Counted from the stretch's first letter, positions 1 through 10,731 are shown. The stretch is 64,000 bases of DNA from an uncultured Candidatus Saccharibacteria bacterium (GCA_964416765.1 CAYQEU010000001.1:212480-276479); one strand, 5' to 3'. Notes: generated by a model not told the origin, from the letters alone. Program-made: numbers and translations.

Positions 1-2
1 GG

Positions 3-1175
3 GTAAAGGCTGGCATTTACGTCAGTATTTACTTTGGTTTCGGCTACTTCGTTGTGTCGAGACTTTACCGACACAAGGGATACGCGGGAATCGCCTTCAT
101 GTTTACCGTTGCCACCATCTGCGGCGCGTTCGGCTTATTCTGCCGCATCGCCGACAAGGAAGCTGACAACCTCGCCGCCCGTATCGGTTTGTACCGAACG
201 CAGGAGCAGGCAGACACCGACAAGCTTAACGCCAACGCGGCGACCAAGCTGGTCCGGGTTCTGACTACCACTCCGAAATACAAGCGGGCATCTGTCATTT
301 CTCCGTCGCTGTGGACTCGCTTGTTCGGAAGTTCGTCTTCCAACGGCAAGCCTATCGCGGCGAAACTCGTCCCCAAAGACGGCGAAACAATCCCCCCGGG
401 GATTTATCGGCGCGTGGACGACTTCACTTACAAATCCGGCAAGGACGGCGGTCTTTACCTCCATATTGCCATTCCCGATAAGTACGGGGTGGCAAATGAG
501 GAGGCGGAAGACTTTTACATTCCGTTCAACACTGAATTTGTCAGTCTCGACATTGGGAAGACGGACAAGGCTGGCACTACGGCGTCAACCGGTCCTCCCC
601 ATCTATTCAAATCCTATCCTCCGGATGGGCGGGGCTGGGTCGATGACCCGGGCAATTTTACCCCTTGCCCCGACATGATGACGCCGAAACCGGAAGTCAA
701 AGTGGGCGACGAACAGGCTACCCTGGTCGTCCCCGCGACTTACGAAAACGGCGTGCTCCTGTCGGACACCAGCACCGGCAAAAGGTTGCGCCTGCACCAG
801 GGCGACGTCTACTCCGTGGATGTTGACCCGCAGGCACAGGTGAAGTTTTCCAACTTCCATCCTTGCGCCAGTGCCGGGGGTTTGTCCATTTGGTACGACC
901 CTCAGTTAGACAGTCCCTTCAAACAGGGAGCGGGTGGACTCGAGTTCGCTTTCGACAAGTTCGACAGCGACCCCGATAACCGGTTCATGCCGGGCACCCA
1001 TTCCGAATTTGTCGCCTTAAGGGACGGCGATTTGCGCTTCAGGATAGTGGAACGGAAGGGGCACTACACGGACGACGACAGCGGTTACTATCCGGTAACC
1101 GTCAAAATAATCCGGCGTGCCTCCGAAGACAACAATCAGGGAGGAACCACAACTACCGTGGCCCAGTTGCGTTAA
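3..1175 (+). CDS. Membrane-anchored hypothetical protein, probably 5'-truncated by the window edge
   Basis: Frame is open from position 3 (VKAGIYVSIYFGFGYFVV...) into the 373-aa ORF; two N-terminal hydrophobic segments, then a soluble region; followed by a terminator. Confidence 0.6.
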   Translation, partial: VKAGIYVSIYFGFGYFVVSRLYRHKGYAGIAFMFTVATICGAFGLFCRIADKEADNLAARIGLYRTQEQADTDKLNANAATKLVRVLTTTPKYKRASVISPSLWTRLFGSSSSNGKPIAAKLVPKDGETIPPGIYRRVDDFTYKSGKDGGLYLHIAIPDKYGVANEEAEDFYIPFNTEFVSLDIGKTDKAGTTASTGPPHLFKSYPPDGRGWVDDPGNFTPCPDMMTPKPEVKVGDEQATLVVPATYENGVLLSDTSTGKRLRLHQGDVYSVDVDPQAQVKFSNFHPCASAGGLSIWYDPQLDSPFKQGAGGLEFAFDKFDSDPDNRFMPGTHSEFVALRDGDLRFRIVERKGHYTDDDSGYYPVTVKIIRRASEDNNQGGTTTTVAQLR

Positions 1176-1195
1176 AACTGGGCAAACGGATCGAG

Positions 1196-1239
1196 GACGG
1201 CAGGAATCAATGGAAACATTGAAACCTGCCGTCTTTTTT
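1196..1239 (+). terminator. Intrinsic terminator
   Basis: GACGGCAGG...CCTGCCGTC stem with inner TCAATG-GAAA-CATTGA hairpin, followed by TTTTTT. Confidence 0.8.
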
Positions 1240-1258
1240 ATGCTAAAATTTGAGTAAC

Positions 1259-2785
1259 ATGACCCATCTGCTAAAAGACTTTCGGTTCCAATTTGCCGTG
1301 TTTGCCATAGCCGTTATCGGCTTCTTTTCATTTATGCAGTTTGTGCCCTCGGCCGGTTTTTCCGATCCCGATGGGTATTATCATGCCGCCGCCGCGCGCC
1401 TTATTGCCGCCGGCAAGCTTCATGCCAGTTTTCCCTGGGCTTATTTTTCCACTTTGCGGGAACACTACGGCGACCAGCATTTCCTGTTCCACTTATTGAT
1501 GATCCCCATGAGCAGCCTGAAAGGGATGCACTTTTCCGTTGTGCTGTTCTCTTCATTAATGATTTTTGCTTTTGTCTGGTTGCTCCGGCGGCTGGGGGTG
1601 AAGTACCCCTTGCTGTGGGGAGGGTTTTTGGTTGTCAGTTCCATTGATTTCTTGTTCCGCATCAACGTTGTCAAAGCGAACACACTCTCTTTAATTTTGT
1701 TGTTCGGCACGGTGTGGCTCCTTATTAATAAGCGCCACCGCTGGCTGGCGCCCTTGTCAGCTCTGTTCGTTTGGACGTATGGTGGTTTTGTATTTTTGCC
1801 TTTGGTCGGGGGAGCATATGTGGCCGCAAAGCTTATCGCGGAGCGAAAGTTAAATTTATGGCCGTTGGTATACATTCTTTTGGGAATTGGTGTCGGATTG
1901 CTCCTGCACCCCCATTTCCCAAATTTAGCGGTTCACTTATATTATCAGTTGTTTGATTCGGGGATTTCCGCGGGTTTGAAAGTTCCGGTCGGGTCCGAGT
2001 GGTACCCGTATTCCGTGAATGATTTAGTTTCGGCCAACGGGCTAAACTTGCTGGCGTTCCTCGTAAGTACCGCGGTTTTGGCGGTGGAATTTACCAAGGT
2101 TAAAAGGGAGCACTCCGACGCAACCAATGCCGCGTTTTTGTGGTTTACCACCTTGGGGTTCCTGGCTTTGATGATCAGGAGCCGGCGCTTTGTGGAATAT
2201 TCGGTACCCTTTAATGTATTGTTTAGCAGTTACGTGGTGACAAAAGTCGTGAATCCGGAGTTTTGGGATACCACCAAGGAAGCCTTGAGATATTGGCACA
2301 TGAGATTTTTTACCGTTCTGTTGATATGGGTGCTGGTTTTGATCGGCGCTTTCAACGTTACCCGGGTTGAAGGGTGGTTGGCAGCTAGTACTGAAGCGGA
2401 AGCGTTGAAAGGTGCGGGGGACTGGCTGGCGGCTAACACTCAGCCTGGTGAAATCATTTTCAATACGAAGTGGGATGACTTGCCCCAATTGATGTACTTT
2501 GACCCGAATAATTACTATATTATTGGGTTGGATCCGACCTTTATGTACGCTTATGACCAGCACCTGTACCATAAGTGGCGACAGGTCGCGGACAACGACC
2601 CGGTGAAGTTTGGTAATTCCTACGCTGACATGCGCGATATAGTTAACAAAGATTTTAAATCCCATTACATAGTGCTGGAGAATGCCCGGGATGGAAAGTT
2701 AAAGTATTTCCTCGATGCCCACCGGAGTGAAGGGGCGAGCGAGGTCTACGAAGACGAGTTCTCGGCTATTTACGAAATAAATTAG
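1259..2785 (+). CDS. Polytopic membrane glycosyltransferase-like protein (GT-C/ArnT-PMT-like)
   Basis: Many TM segments; acidic DPDGYYH motif in the first outer loop; soluble C-terminal domain with WDD motif; ATG at 1259 just after TGCTAAAAT. Confidence 0.6.
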   Translation: MTHLLKDFRFQFAVFAIAVIGFFSFMQFVPSAGFSDPDGYYHAAAARLIAAGKLHASFPWAYFSTLREHYGDQHFLFHLLMIPMSSLKGMHFSVVLFSSLMIFAFVWLLRRLGVKYPLLWGGFLVVSSIDFLFRINVVKANTLSLILLFGTVWLLINKRHRWLAPLSALFVWTYGGFVFLPLVGGAYVAAKLIAERKLNLWPLVYILLGIGVGLLLHPHFPNLAVHLYYQLFDSGISAGLKVPVGSEWYPYSVNDLVSANGLNLLAFLVSTAVLAVEFTKVKREHSDATNAAFLWFTTLGFLALMIRSRRFVEYSVPFNVLFSSYVVTKVVNPEFWDTTKEALRYWHMRFFTVLLIWVLVLIGAFNVTRVEGWLAASTEAEALKGAGDWLAANTQPGEIIFNTKWDDLPQLMYFDPNNYYIIGLDPTFMYAYDQHLYHKWRQVADNDPVKFGNSYADMRDIVNKDFKSHYIVLENARDGKLKYFLDAHRSEGASEVYEDEFSAIYEIN

Positions 2786-2875
2786 AATTTTCCCCAGCTT
2801 GGGATTTTGGCCATTTCGTGCTATAATTTTCCTACTGTTAGAAAAGAGCCTAGAAACAGAAACAAAACCCAATTT

Positions 2876-3493
2876 ATGGACAAAACCTCGAATTTGGCTT
2901 TGATCATACAAATGATCGAAGCTGCTGAAAAGAACATCCAATCAGCCAAACAGCTGCTCCGAGAGGGCGCGACTGGGGCTGTTTCAACGCGTCCGGTTAA
3001 TAGCCAGGCTTTCATGGAGAAAGCCCGAACCCTCGGAATTACCGAACAGGGGAAGGTTATTGAAGGCGTGTTTGACGGCCAGAACATGGTTGGCCCTGAT
3101 GGCAAGCAATATCCGGTTCCGGCCAACTACGCTTCCAAGAGCAAACTTGTGGAGGGTGATGTATTGAAGCTCACTATTTCTGATGACGGATCCTTCATTT
3201 ACAAACAAATCGCCCCGGTAGAACGCCGGAAGATTTTGGGTATGTTAATCCAGGATGACAAAGGTGACTACCAGGTAGTTGCCGAAGGGAAGCCTTACAA
3301 GGTCCTGCTTGCTTCACTCACATACTTTAAAGCGGAAGCCGGCGATGAAGTTACGATTGTTTTGCCCCAAGAGGGCGACCCGCAATGGGCAGCTGTTGAA
3401 AATGTTATCAAAGCCGGTTCCAGTCCCGATGCGGAATTATCCGCTGACCATGGGATGGACCGCATGTCCCGCGAAGAAGAGGAAGAATTCTAA
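2876..3493 (+). CDS. Conserved CPR-type hypothetical protein
   Basis: IEGVFDGQNM...YPVPANYASKSKLVEGD...FIYKQI resembles a family I recall from CPR genomes; start moved to the ATG at 2876. Confidence 0.65.
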   Translation: MDKTSNLALIIQMIEAAEKNIQSAKQLLREGATGAVSTRPVNSQAFMEKARTLGITEQGKVIEGVFDGQNMVGPDGKQYPVPANYASKSKLVEGDVLKLTISDDGSFIYKQIAPVERRKILGMLIQDDKGDYQVVAEGKPYKVLLASLTYFKAEAGDEVTIVLPQEGDPQWAAVENVIKAGSSPDAELSADHGMDRMSREEEEEF

Positions 3494-3495
3494 AC

Positions 3496-4143
3496 ATGGG
3501 CACTATTGAACAAATTTTGGAGCGAAGGCCGGTAGTGTTGCAAATACTCCGGTTTATTGCCATTGGCGCGCTTAATACCACGCTCGATTTCATTATCTTC
3601 AACCTTCTTTCCAAGTCCTTAAACATTTACGCCGGCCGGGAATTGGGCTTTTTAACCATTGTCGGTTTTAGCGCCGCAATGGTTCAAAGTTATTTCTGGA
3701 ACCGCTATTGGACATTTGGAAGGGCGGGGGATATGAAAATGTCACCGGTAACCGAGTTTATCCGACTCATGATGGTGGGAGGCTTAGGAGCGGTCACGTT
3801 TGTGGCTGTACTTATTGGCGCTAAGTATGAAGTTTACCCCAGTTATTACCTCATCACTCTGGCAATTTTCCTGGGTGTGGAAATGATGTTGTGGCTTTTG
3901 TACGAATTGAAGAAGAAAGCCGACAGCCACGCCAACCACTTTATGGCTTTTGTCATCGTCAGTATTATTGGGTTGCTGATTAACGCCGCTATCGTGGGAT
4001 TAATGTCCAGCTATCTTTCCGGAACCCGGTTTGGGCTCAATCTCGACCTATTGAAAAATGAAGCCAAAATAGTTGCCACCGTGGCTTCCCTGATTTGGAA
4101 CTTCGTGGGTTACAAGCTATTTGTTTTCAGGAATAACCAGTAG
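3496..4143 (+). CDS. GtrA-family flippase-like protein with internal duplication
   Basis: RFIAIGALNT..D, SYFWNRYWTF, WNFVGYKLFVF motifs. Confidence 0.8.
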   Translation: MGTIEQILERRPVVLQILRFIAIGALNTTLDFIIFNLLSKSLNIYAGRELGFLTIVGFSAAMVQSYFWNRYWTFGRAGDMKMSPVTEFIRLMMVGGLGAVTFVAVLIGAKYEVYPSYYLITLAIFLGVEMMLWLLYELKKKADSHANHFMAFVIVSIIGLLINAAIVGLMSSYLSGTRFGLNLDLLKNEAKIVATVASLIWNFVGYKLFVFRNNQ

Positions 4144-4169
4144 CTAAACCTGCCTTATTTAACGCTATA

Positions 4170-4197
4170 AAAAGCCCTATAAATGGGCTTCTTTTTA
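4170..4197 (+). terminator. Probable intrinsic terminator
   Basis: AAGCCC-TATAAAT-GGGCTT followed by CTTTTT. Confidence 0.55.
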
Positions 4198-4212
4198 TTG
4201 TATAATGCAATT

Positions 4213-5799
4213 ATGGCTGTATTTTATCGTACATATCGACCCCAAAAATTCTCCGAAGTTGTGGGACAGGCTCCTATTGTTTCCACTTTAAGGAACGCCG
4301 TTAAAAATGGCAGCGTGGCGCACGCGTATTTATTCACTGGAAGCCGGGGAGTGGGCAAAACTACCCTGGCGAGGCTTCTGGCCAAAGCGGTAAATTGCCC
4401 TAACGTTAAGGACGGGGAACCTTGCGGTACGTGCGAAGTTTGCCAGGCGATAAAGAATAATTTGTTCATTGATCTCGTGGAAATTGACGCCGCCTCCCAT
4501 ACCGGCGTGGATAATGTCCGTGAGCTTATCGAACATATTAAGTTCAAACCGACCTCAGCCAAGTACAAGGTGTTCATAATCGACGAAGTTCACATGCTTT
4601 CCAAAGCAGCTTTCAATGCTTTGCTGAAAACCCTGGAAGAACCTCCTGATCATGCTATTTTTGTTTTGGCCACAACCGACGTCCATAAAGTGCCGGCAAC
4701 TATTGTTTCGCGTACCCAGCGTTTTGATTTTTCCCGCATTACAACTTCTGACATCGTTGCCCAACTGGAAAAGGTAGTAAAAGCCGAAAAACTTAAAGTG
4801 GAGCCTCAGGTGTTGAGACTGATCGCCCGGCAAGCGGCTGGGGGTCTGCGCGACGCCCTGTCACTACTCAACAAAGTTGCCGCAAGCGGGGGGAAAGTTG
4901 GCTTACCGGAAGCGGAAACCCTTCTCGGCAGCGCTTCGCTCAACCACTCAGAAAAACTCGTGGATTTGATGGCAGAGGGCGACTCCAAAGCGATCCCGGC
5001 TTATTTTGAAGAACTGGAGCAAGCGGGAATCGATTTCGCCGTGTTTAACAAAAGCTTTTTGGAGTATCTTCGCGGGTTGTTGATTGCCAAAGTTACCGGC
5101 GATGTTCCGGCTGACTTTTTGCCTGAAGAAGCCTCGGTAATGGAAAACCAGGTGGCCAAAGTTAGTGCCGCACAGGTAATCCATTGGCTGCGCCTGTTTT
5201 TGCGATCATTTAAGGATTTGTCTTCAGTGCCAGAGCCAAGTTTGGCTTTGTTGCTGGCCGCCATGGAGGCGGTCATAAAGCCCGGGGTTATGACTGCGAC
5301 AGCTCAGCCAATTTCCACAGCCACACCAAAGGTAAGTCAGGCGGCCACAAAGTCTTCTGAGCAACAGACCTCTTCTTCTACTGCTCCTATTGCTCAGGCC
5401 ACGCGTACCGCACAGATTGATGATCCTATAGTCGAAGAAATCGTTGAGATAGATTATAAAGGCCAACCCTTTACTCTTGAAGAAGTTAAGGGTTTTTGGC
5501 CGGAAGTTTTAAACCGTCTCAAATTGATCAACAGTCCTTTGGCTACATTAATAAAGAATTCTCCAGTGGTTGAAGTCAGCGGACAGGAAATCTGTCTAAG
5601 TGTTAAGTTCCTATTCCATAAGGAGCACCTGGAAAGCAAGAAAATATACAGCTTAGTCACCAGTACTATTCAAGAGCTGGGTGGAAAGCCCTGCCGGCTC
5701 CGGATTTTGCTTAATGCTGAACCCCAAACGGAGGCTCCCACCGGGGTAGACGCTATAAGTGAGGTTTTGCGGGTTTTTGGTGGAGAACTAGTCGAATAA
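4213..5799 (+). CDS. dnaX: DNA polymerase III subunit gamma/tau
   Basis: YRPQKF, Walker A GSRGVGKTT, Zn motif C..C..C..C, EIDAAS, IIDEVHML, LLKTLEEPP, SRTQ. Confidence 0.97.
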   Translation: MAVFYRTYRPQKFSEVVGQAPIVSTLRNAVKNGSVAHAYLFTGSRGVGKTTLARLLAKAVNCPNVKDGEPCGTCEVCQAIKNNLFIDLVEIDAASHTGVDNVRELIEHIKFKPTSAKYKVFIIDEVHMLSKAAFNALLKTLEEPPDHAIFVLATTDVHKVPATIVSRTQRFDFSRITTSDIVAQLEKVVKAEKLKVEPQVLRLIARQAAGGLRDALSLLNKVAASGGKVGLPEAETLLGSASLNHSEKLVDLMAEGDSKAIPAYFEELEQAGIDFAVFNKSFLEYLRGLLIAKVTGDVPADFLPEEASVMENQVAKVSAAQVIHWLRLFLRSFKDLSSVPEPSLALLLAAMEAVIKPGVMTATAQPISTATPKVSQAATKSSEQQTSSSTAPIAQATRTAQIDDPIVEEIVEIDYKGQPFTLEEVKGFWPEVLNRLKLINSPLATLIKNSPVVEVSGQEICLSVKFLFHKEHLESKKIYSLVTSTIQELGGKPCRLRILLNAEPQTEAPTGVDAISEVLRVFGGELVE

Positions 5800-5851
5800 T
5801 AAGCCAAAAAGTGCTATAATTTAGAGGTAAAAACCACTAAAAGAAACAAAA

Positions 5852-7384
5852 ATGGATATAAATAGCGTACCAAAAAAGTATCTCCTTGGCGCCATCGGCG
5901 TCCTGGTAGTTATTTTATTGTTAGTAACCCTGCTCCAACCTGGCAGTTTCCGCTACCAGGGAGGTAGCCCGACCGCGGATGACTTGGCCCGCAGCGCCCA
6001 AATTCAAAAAGAATACGCGGATTACCTGGCTTCCATCAAGCCTGATCCTGAGGCTAGCAAACAGCTGTTTTCTCAGGTCATAAGCCAAGACGAAGTCCAG
6101 AAAGACGTTGCTACCCAGCTGCAGGTAAACCAGAAGGTCACTATTCCGCAGGTACCGGATTCCCAGCTAACCCTGAGCAAGGAAAGCGGACAAGGCCCCA
6201 CGCAGCAGTTCTTTGAAGCATTGAAACCAATTGTCAGCCAGTTTACCGCGTTGACCGAACCGGCATCCCCGTCGTTGTTTACTGACGCTGATGCTGACCA
6301 GGTCGCCATAGAAACCAGCGCCGCTTTAGAAAGGATTTACAAAACACCGGTTCCAAAAGACGCCGTGGCCTACCAAAAAGCCCAGATCAACACTTTACAG
6401 CAATACCAGAGTCTGGCGCAGACTGCCAAAATTGCGCAGAATAACGCTGACTCAGCGCCGTGGCCCAAAGTATATAGCCAGTACGTTGTAATGAATGACC
6501 AGGTAGGCGTAATGAAATCGGAGTTCCAGCGTTTAGATAAACAGTATGGACTCACCGGAACTCGAGGCGTGTATGCTCAGCAAAGTTCCCACAATCCGCT
6601 TATCAAAAGTGCTGACGCGCAGTTTAGCGTAATTGTTACCGACGACATTTGGGCGAACATTGAAAAAGGGATTCGTGAGGGGATTGCGGCAGCGTTTGCC
6701 AAGTTCATGAACACATACTTGGATAAGCTGATTACCGACATCCAGAATAATTACTATGTTGCCAACTTCCTGTACTACACCGATGCGTTGGTGCGCGGAC
6801 AGTACGTCAATGATTATTTGAACAAGTATATCGCCGACCCGATTGACCGCGGCATTATTACGCGATTCATTCCGCAGTTCAGCTGTGCCAATAATAAACA
6901 GGATCTCGGTCCAATATTCGTAGCTAAGGCGCGGCAATATCTTGGGTTCGACCCGGCCACGATTGACCCGAACTCGTCCGACTTTTACACAAAAATTGCC
7001 CGGCTTCCTGACTTGTCCCCCGAACAGCAGGAGTTGGAATACCGCGATGCCGCCCAGGCTGCCATGGTTCAGGCTAACCAAGCCGCGATCATTGAACAGC
7101 TGACTCCGACAGGAACCAAACTGCCTCGCAGCGACGTTTTAGGGAAACAGATTACAACGACAGTCGCGTCGATTAATGCTTCCCTTCAAGCTTCGTTTAA
7201 CGCCAAACTGGGACTTGGTACGCAAAACACCCAGAGCGTCGTAAGCCAGCTTGTGTCGTCCACCATCCAGCAGTTTACTGATAAATACTTATTTAAGGGA
7301 GTAGTGCTGAAAGAACAAAATACTTGCATCCAAGTTCCGCAGTTGCAACCGATTATCCCAAGCGCCACCCCGACCACATTCTAA
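5852..7384 (+). CDS. Exported/membrane-anchored hypothetical protein
   Basis: 510-aa ORF with N-terminal TM segment; helical and Q/A-rich; TATAAT upstream. Confidence 0.7.
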   Translation: MDINSVPKKYLLGAIGVLVVILLLVTLLQPGSFRYQGGSPTADDLARSAQIQKEYADYLASIKPDPEASKQLFSQVISQDEVQKDVATQLQVNQKVTIPQVPDSQLTLSKESGQGPTQQFFEALKPIVSQFTALTEPASPSLFTDADADQVAIETSAALERIYKTPVPKDAVAYQKAQINTLQQYQSLAQTAKIAQNNADSAPWPKVYSQYVVMNDQVGVMKSEFQRLDKQYGLTGTRGVYAQQSSHNPLIKSADAQFSVIVTDDIWANIEKGIREGIAAAFAKFMNTYLDKLITDIQNNYYVANFLYYTDALVRGQYVNDYLNKYIADPIDRGIITRFIPQFSCANNKQDLGPIFVAKARQYLGFDPATIDPNSSDFYTKIARLPDLSPEQQELEYRDAAQAAMVQANQAAIIEQLTPTGTKLPRSDVLGKQITTTVASINASLQASFNAKLGLGTQNTQSVVSQLVSSTIQQFTDKYLFKGVVLKEQNTCIQVPQLQPIIPSATPTTF

Positions 7385-7396
7385 AAGAACTAGCCT

Positions 7397-8641
7397 ATGG
7401 TAGAACAAAAAGACCAAGAACTAACCAACGAAACTTCAAGACCAGTTACAATTGCCCGGCACTCGCTGGGAATTGTAATATTACTGGCCATTTTAGGCGG
7501 CTTTTTTGGCGGCATCGCTTCAAATGCCTTTTTAGCCTCACGTCCGGAATGGGGAACCTTAAGCGGGAACGCAAACCAGACCGCGGCACAGAAAGTTGTA
7601 CTACAAGAGGATTCGGCTATTATCGACGTAGTGCAGCAAGCCAGCCCTTCCGTGGTTTCGGTTGTGATATCCAAAGACATTAACCAGTACCAACAGTACT
7701 CCAGTCCGTTTTCCGGCAGCCCGTTCAATTTTTTTGGGTTGGGAACCGGACAACAGCCTTCCAATAACACTCCTGACATTGAACAGGTTGGCGCTGGTAG
7801 CGGTTTTTTCGTCACCAGTGACGGGATGATACTGACTAACCGCCATGTGGTCGCCGACACTTCCGCCACTTACAGCGTGGTAACCAGTGATGGAAAAACC
7901 TACGACGCCAAAATTTTGGTGCGCGATACCATAAACGACCTGGCCCTCATTAAGATCGATATCCAGGGCGCACGGCCATTAACCTTTGCTGATTCCGACT
8001 CCATAAAGATAGGGCAGCAGGTACTGGCCATTGGCAATTCACTGGGGCAATACCAAAATACGGTTACCAGCGGAATCGTTTCCGGGATCGGGCGCACTTT
8101 GACCGCGGGGGGAGAAGGTGAAAGTGAACAGCTGGAAGGAGTCATCCAAACAGATGCCGCTATTAACCCGGGTAACTCCGGCGGGCCTTTGCTGAATTTG
8201 GCCGGCCAAGTCATCGGCATTAACACGGCGATTGACCAGGAAGGCCAGCTGGTTGGGTTTGCCATTCCCGCGCGGGACGCTCAAAAAGACGTGGAGAGCT
8301 ACCAAAAAACTGGCAAGCTTTCCCATCCTTTTCTAGGTGTGCGCTACGTGATGTTAAACGATCAGATTGCCAAACAGCAAAAAACTTCCCGTAACCAGGG
8401 CGCCCTGTTACTTGCTGGCGCGCAACGCGGCGACACCGCCGTGATATCAGGCAGCCCGGCTGACAAAGCAGGATTGAAAGAAGGCGATATTGTCATTCGG
8501 GTCAACGGCCATGACGTGAATACAAATAACACACTATCGAAAGAACTTAAGGATTATTCCGTGGGTGACAGGCTGCAACTAGCAATTGTACGTGATGGCA
8601 AAGAAATAACCGCCACAGTAACCTTAGAAGAAGCAAAATAA
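7397..8641 (+). CDS. htrA: HtrA/DegP-family serine protease with PDZ domain
   Basis: TM anchor, GSGF, LTNRHV, DLAL, IQTDAAINPGNSGGPL, C-terminal PDZ. Confidence 0.95.
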   Translation: MVEQKDQELTNETSRPVTIARHSLGIVILLAILGGFFGGIASNAFLASRPEWGTLSGNANQTAAQKVVLQEDSAIIDVVQQASPSVVSVVISKDINQYQQYSSPFSGSPFNFFGLGTGQQPSNNTPDIEQVGAGSGFFVTSDGMILTNRHVVADTSATYSVVTSDGKTYDAKILVRDTINDLALIKIDIQGARPLTFADSDSIKIGQQVLAIGNSLGQYQNTVTSGIVSGIGRTLTAGGEGESEQLEGVIQTDAAINPGNSGGPLLNLAGQVIGINTAIDQEGQLVGFAIPARDAQKDVESYQKTGKLSHPFLGVRYVMLNDQIAKQQKTSRNQGALLLAGAQRGDTAVISGSPADKAGLKEGDIVIRVNGHDVNTNNTLSKELKDYSVGDRLQLAIVRDGKEITATVTLEEAK

Positions 8642-9027
8642 TGGGAAAAGTGATGGGTCTGGATTATGGCACCAAACGGGTGGGAGTTGCTATATCGGAT
8701 GAATCAAGGACATTTGCCAGGGAAATCGGCATATGGCCCGCGGCGGAATTTTATCAGCATTTAAAGGGTTTCCTCGATGAAAATAATGATATTGATTCAA
8801 TCGCGATTGGCTTGCCGCTGAATATGTCCGGAGAGGACACTCACAAAACCCAGGAAGCAAGAAGTTTCGCCCACGAAGTACAAAACCGGACGGGCATAAA
8901 AACAGCATTAGTGGACGAACGCTTAACCTCTTCGATGGCCCGAAGTCTCCCAGGAGGCAACCATGATGTGGATTCGCTGGCCGCGCAATTAATTCTCCAA
9001 ACTTACTTAGACCAAAATAAAACATGA
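8641..9027 (+). CDS. ruvX: Holliday junction resolvase-like / pre-16S rRNA nuclease YqgF
   Basis: GLDYGTKRVGVAISD, GLP, VDERLTS, DSLAA..ILQ. Confidence 0.93.
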   Translation: MGKVMGLDYGTKRVGVAISDESRTFAREIGIWPAAEFYQHLKGFLDENNDIDSIAIGLPLNMSGEDTHKTQEARSFAHEVQNRTGIKTALVDERLTSSMARSLPGGNHDVDSLAAQLILQTYLDQNKT

Positions 9028-10025
9028 GTGAACTAAGACAAAATCCAATTACGAAACAATGGGTCTTGATTGCCCCAAAACGTTCCAAACGGCCGGAAGA
9101 TTTCAAAAGCGCTGTCGAACATGAAGATTTGCCTGAACTGGACCGGGCTTGTGTGTTCTGTCCCGGTAATGAAAGTTTAAACCCGGACCTATGCGATGAC
9201 GTGTGCCGTGTGCCCAACAACGGCAAGTGGGAAGTGCGGGTAATTAAAAATAAGTTTGAGGCTTTGGAAAAGACCGCGGTATACCGCCATAAGGAATTTT
9301 ATACTTCCCGTAGTGGTTATGGTGAGCATGAAATCGTCATCAACCGCCGCCACAACGAGCCGGTCGCGCTCCAGCCATTGAAGACCATCGACGCTACCCT
9401 GCAAACTTTTATCGAACGGATTAACGCCATGAAAGCGGATCCGAATTTGGCCTATGTGCAAGTGTTCCATAACCATAAGCATGAATCGGGGGCTACCGTG
9501 GTCCACCCACACTACCAAATTTTAGCGACCCCAATTGTCCCGCCGGATATACATTCGGAGATGCTTAACGCTTCACATTATTACCACGCCGAGAAAAGCT
9601 GTGTTTACTGCAACGTGGTGGCGGAAGAAATTGAAGTTAAAGACCGCCTGGTTTACCAGGACAAGAATTACGCGGTCATCGCCCCATACGCTTCCGAGCG
9701 CCCTTTCCAAATCAATATTTACCCCAAGACTCACCGCGCACGCTTTGAGGATATTAGTCAGGAAGAAATAAAAGGTTTAAGCGTGGTACTCAAAATGGTT
9801 CTCGGGCAAATGTACAACAAGCTTAATGACCCGGCGCTGAACTTTTATATCCACACCTTACCCATTCATCCTGGCCCCCAGGCCATGAATGAAGAGCGCA
9901 GCAGTCACTGGCACTTAACCATTTTGCCGCGTACTAATATTTGGGGTGGGTTTGAATACGCCACCGGTATTCCAATCGTACCGGTTAGCCCGGAGGTAGC
10001 GGCTAAATTTTTGAAAGGGGAATAA
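9024..10025 (+). CDS. galT: GalT-like HIT-family nucleotidyltransferase
   Basis: ELRQNP...WVLIAPKRSKRP, CVFCPGNE, HPHYQ (HxHxQ), HWH. Confidence 0.85.
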   Translation: MSELRQNPITKQWVLIAPKRSKRPEDFKSAVEHEDLPELDRACVFCPGNESLNPDLCDDVCRVPNNGKWEVRVIKNKFEALEKTAVYRHKEFYTSRSGYGEHEIVINRRHNEPVALQPLKTIDATLQTFIERINAMKADPNLAYVQVFHNHKHESGATVVHPHYQILATPIVPPDIHSEMLNASHYYHAEKSCVYCNVVAEEIEVKDRLVYQDKNYAVIAPYASERPFQINIYPKTHRARFEDISQEEIKGLSVVLKMVLGQMYNKLNDPALNFYIHTLPIHPGPQAMNEERSSHWHLTILPRTNIWGGFEYATGIPIVPVSPEVAAKFLKGE

Positions 10026-10026
10026 C

Positions 10027-10731
10027 ATGAAAAAGCTAATTATTGCCAACTGGAAAATGAATCCTGCGACGCTGAAGGAAGCCGAAAAGCTGGCAGGCAA
10101 AATTGACAAGAAACCCCTTAATAATGCGGTGTTGTGCCCACCGGCGGTATATCTGGCAAAAATTTCCTATCCAAATTTAGGCGCGCAGGATTGTTTCTGG
10201 AAACAGAAAGGCCCTTATACCGGGCAGACTTCTCCGGCGGCCCTAAAAAGCATGAAGGTCAAATACTGCATTGTCGGCCACAGTGAACGCCGTGCTCTCG
10301 GCGAAACAGATGAGGAGATCAACGGTAAAATATTGGCCCTGCAGGAAGAAGGCGTTATTCCGGTTCTGTGTATTGGCTACGGCACGACCATTGATGAGGA
10401 TGACATGGAAGTCATTGACGTACTGAAGAGTCAGCTGGACGCTGACCTTGTTGACGTGGATCCTAGTAAAGTTATAGTGGCGTACGAACCCGTTTGGGCG
10501 CTATCGAACGGTCCCGGCATGGCGAAGAAAACTCCCACGGGCGAGCACATCGAAAAAATTGCGTTATATATAAAAACCAAATACCGGGTGGCCAAAGTGC
10601 TGTACGGGGGTAGCGCCACAAGCGTGAACGCTACCCAAATACTTTCTGAACCTCACGTTGACGGGTTGTTAGTGGGTGGCGCCAGCCTGTTGCCTGAAGA
10701 TTTTAACAAAATCATTAATATCAAAATTTAA
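10027..10731 (+). CDS. tpiA: Triosephosphate isomerase
   Basis: ANWKMN, GHSERR, AYEPVWA, LYGGS, LVGGASL. Confidence 0.97.
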   Translation: MKKLIIANWKMNPATLKEAEKLAGKIDKKPLNNAVLCPPAVYLAKISYPNLGAQDCFWKQKGPYTGQTSPAALKSMKVKYCIVGHSERRALGETDEEINGKILALQEEGVIPVLCIGYGTTIDEDDMEVIDVLKSQLDADLVDVDPSKVIVAYEPVWALSNGPGMAKKTPTGEHIEKIALYIKTKYRVAKVLYGGSATSVNATQILSEPHVDGLLVGGASLLPEDFNKIINIKI

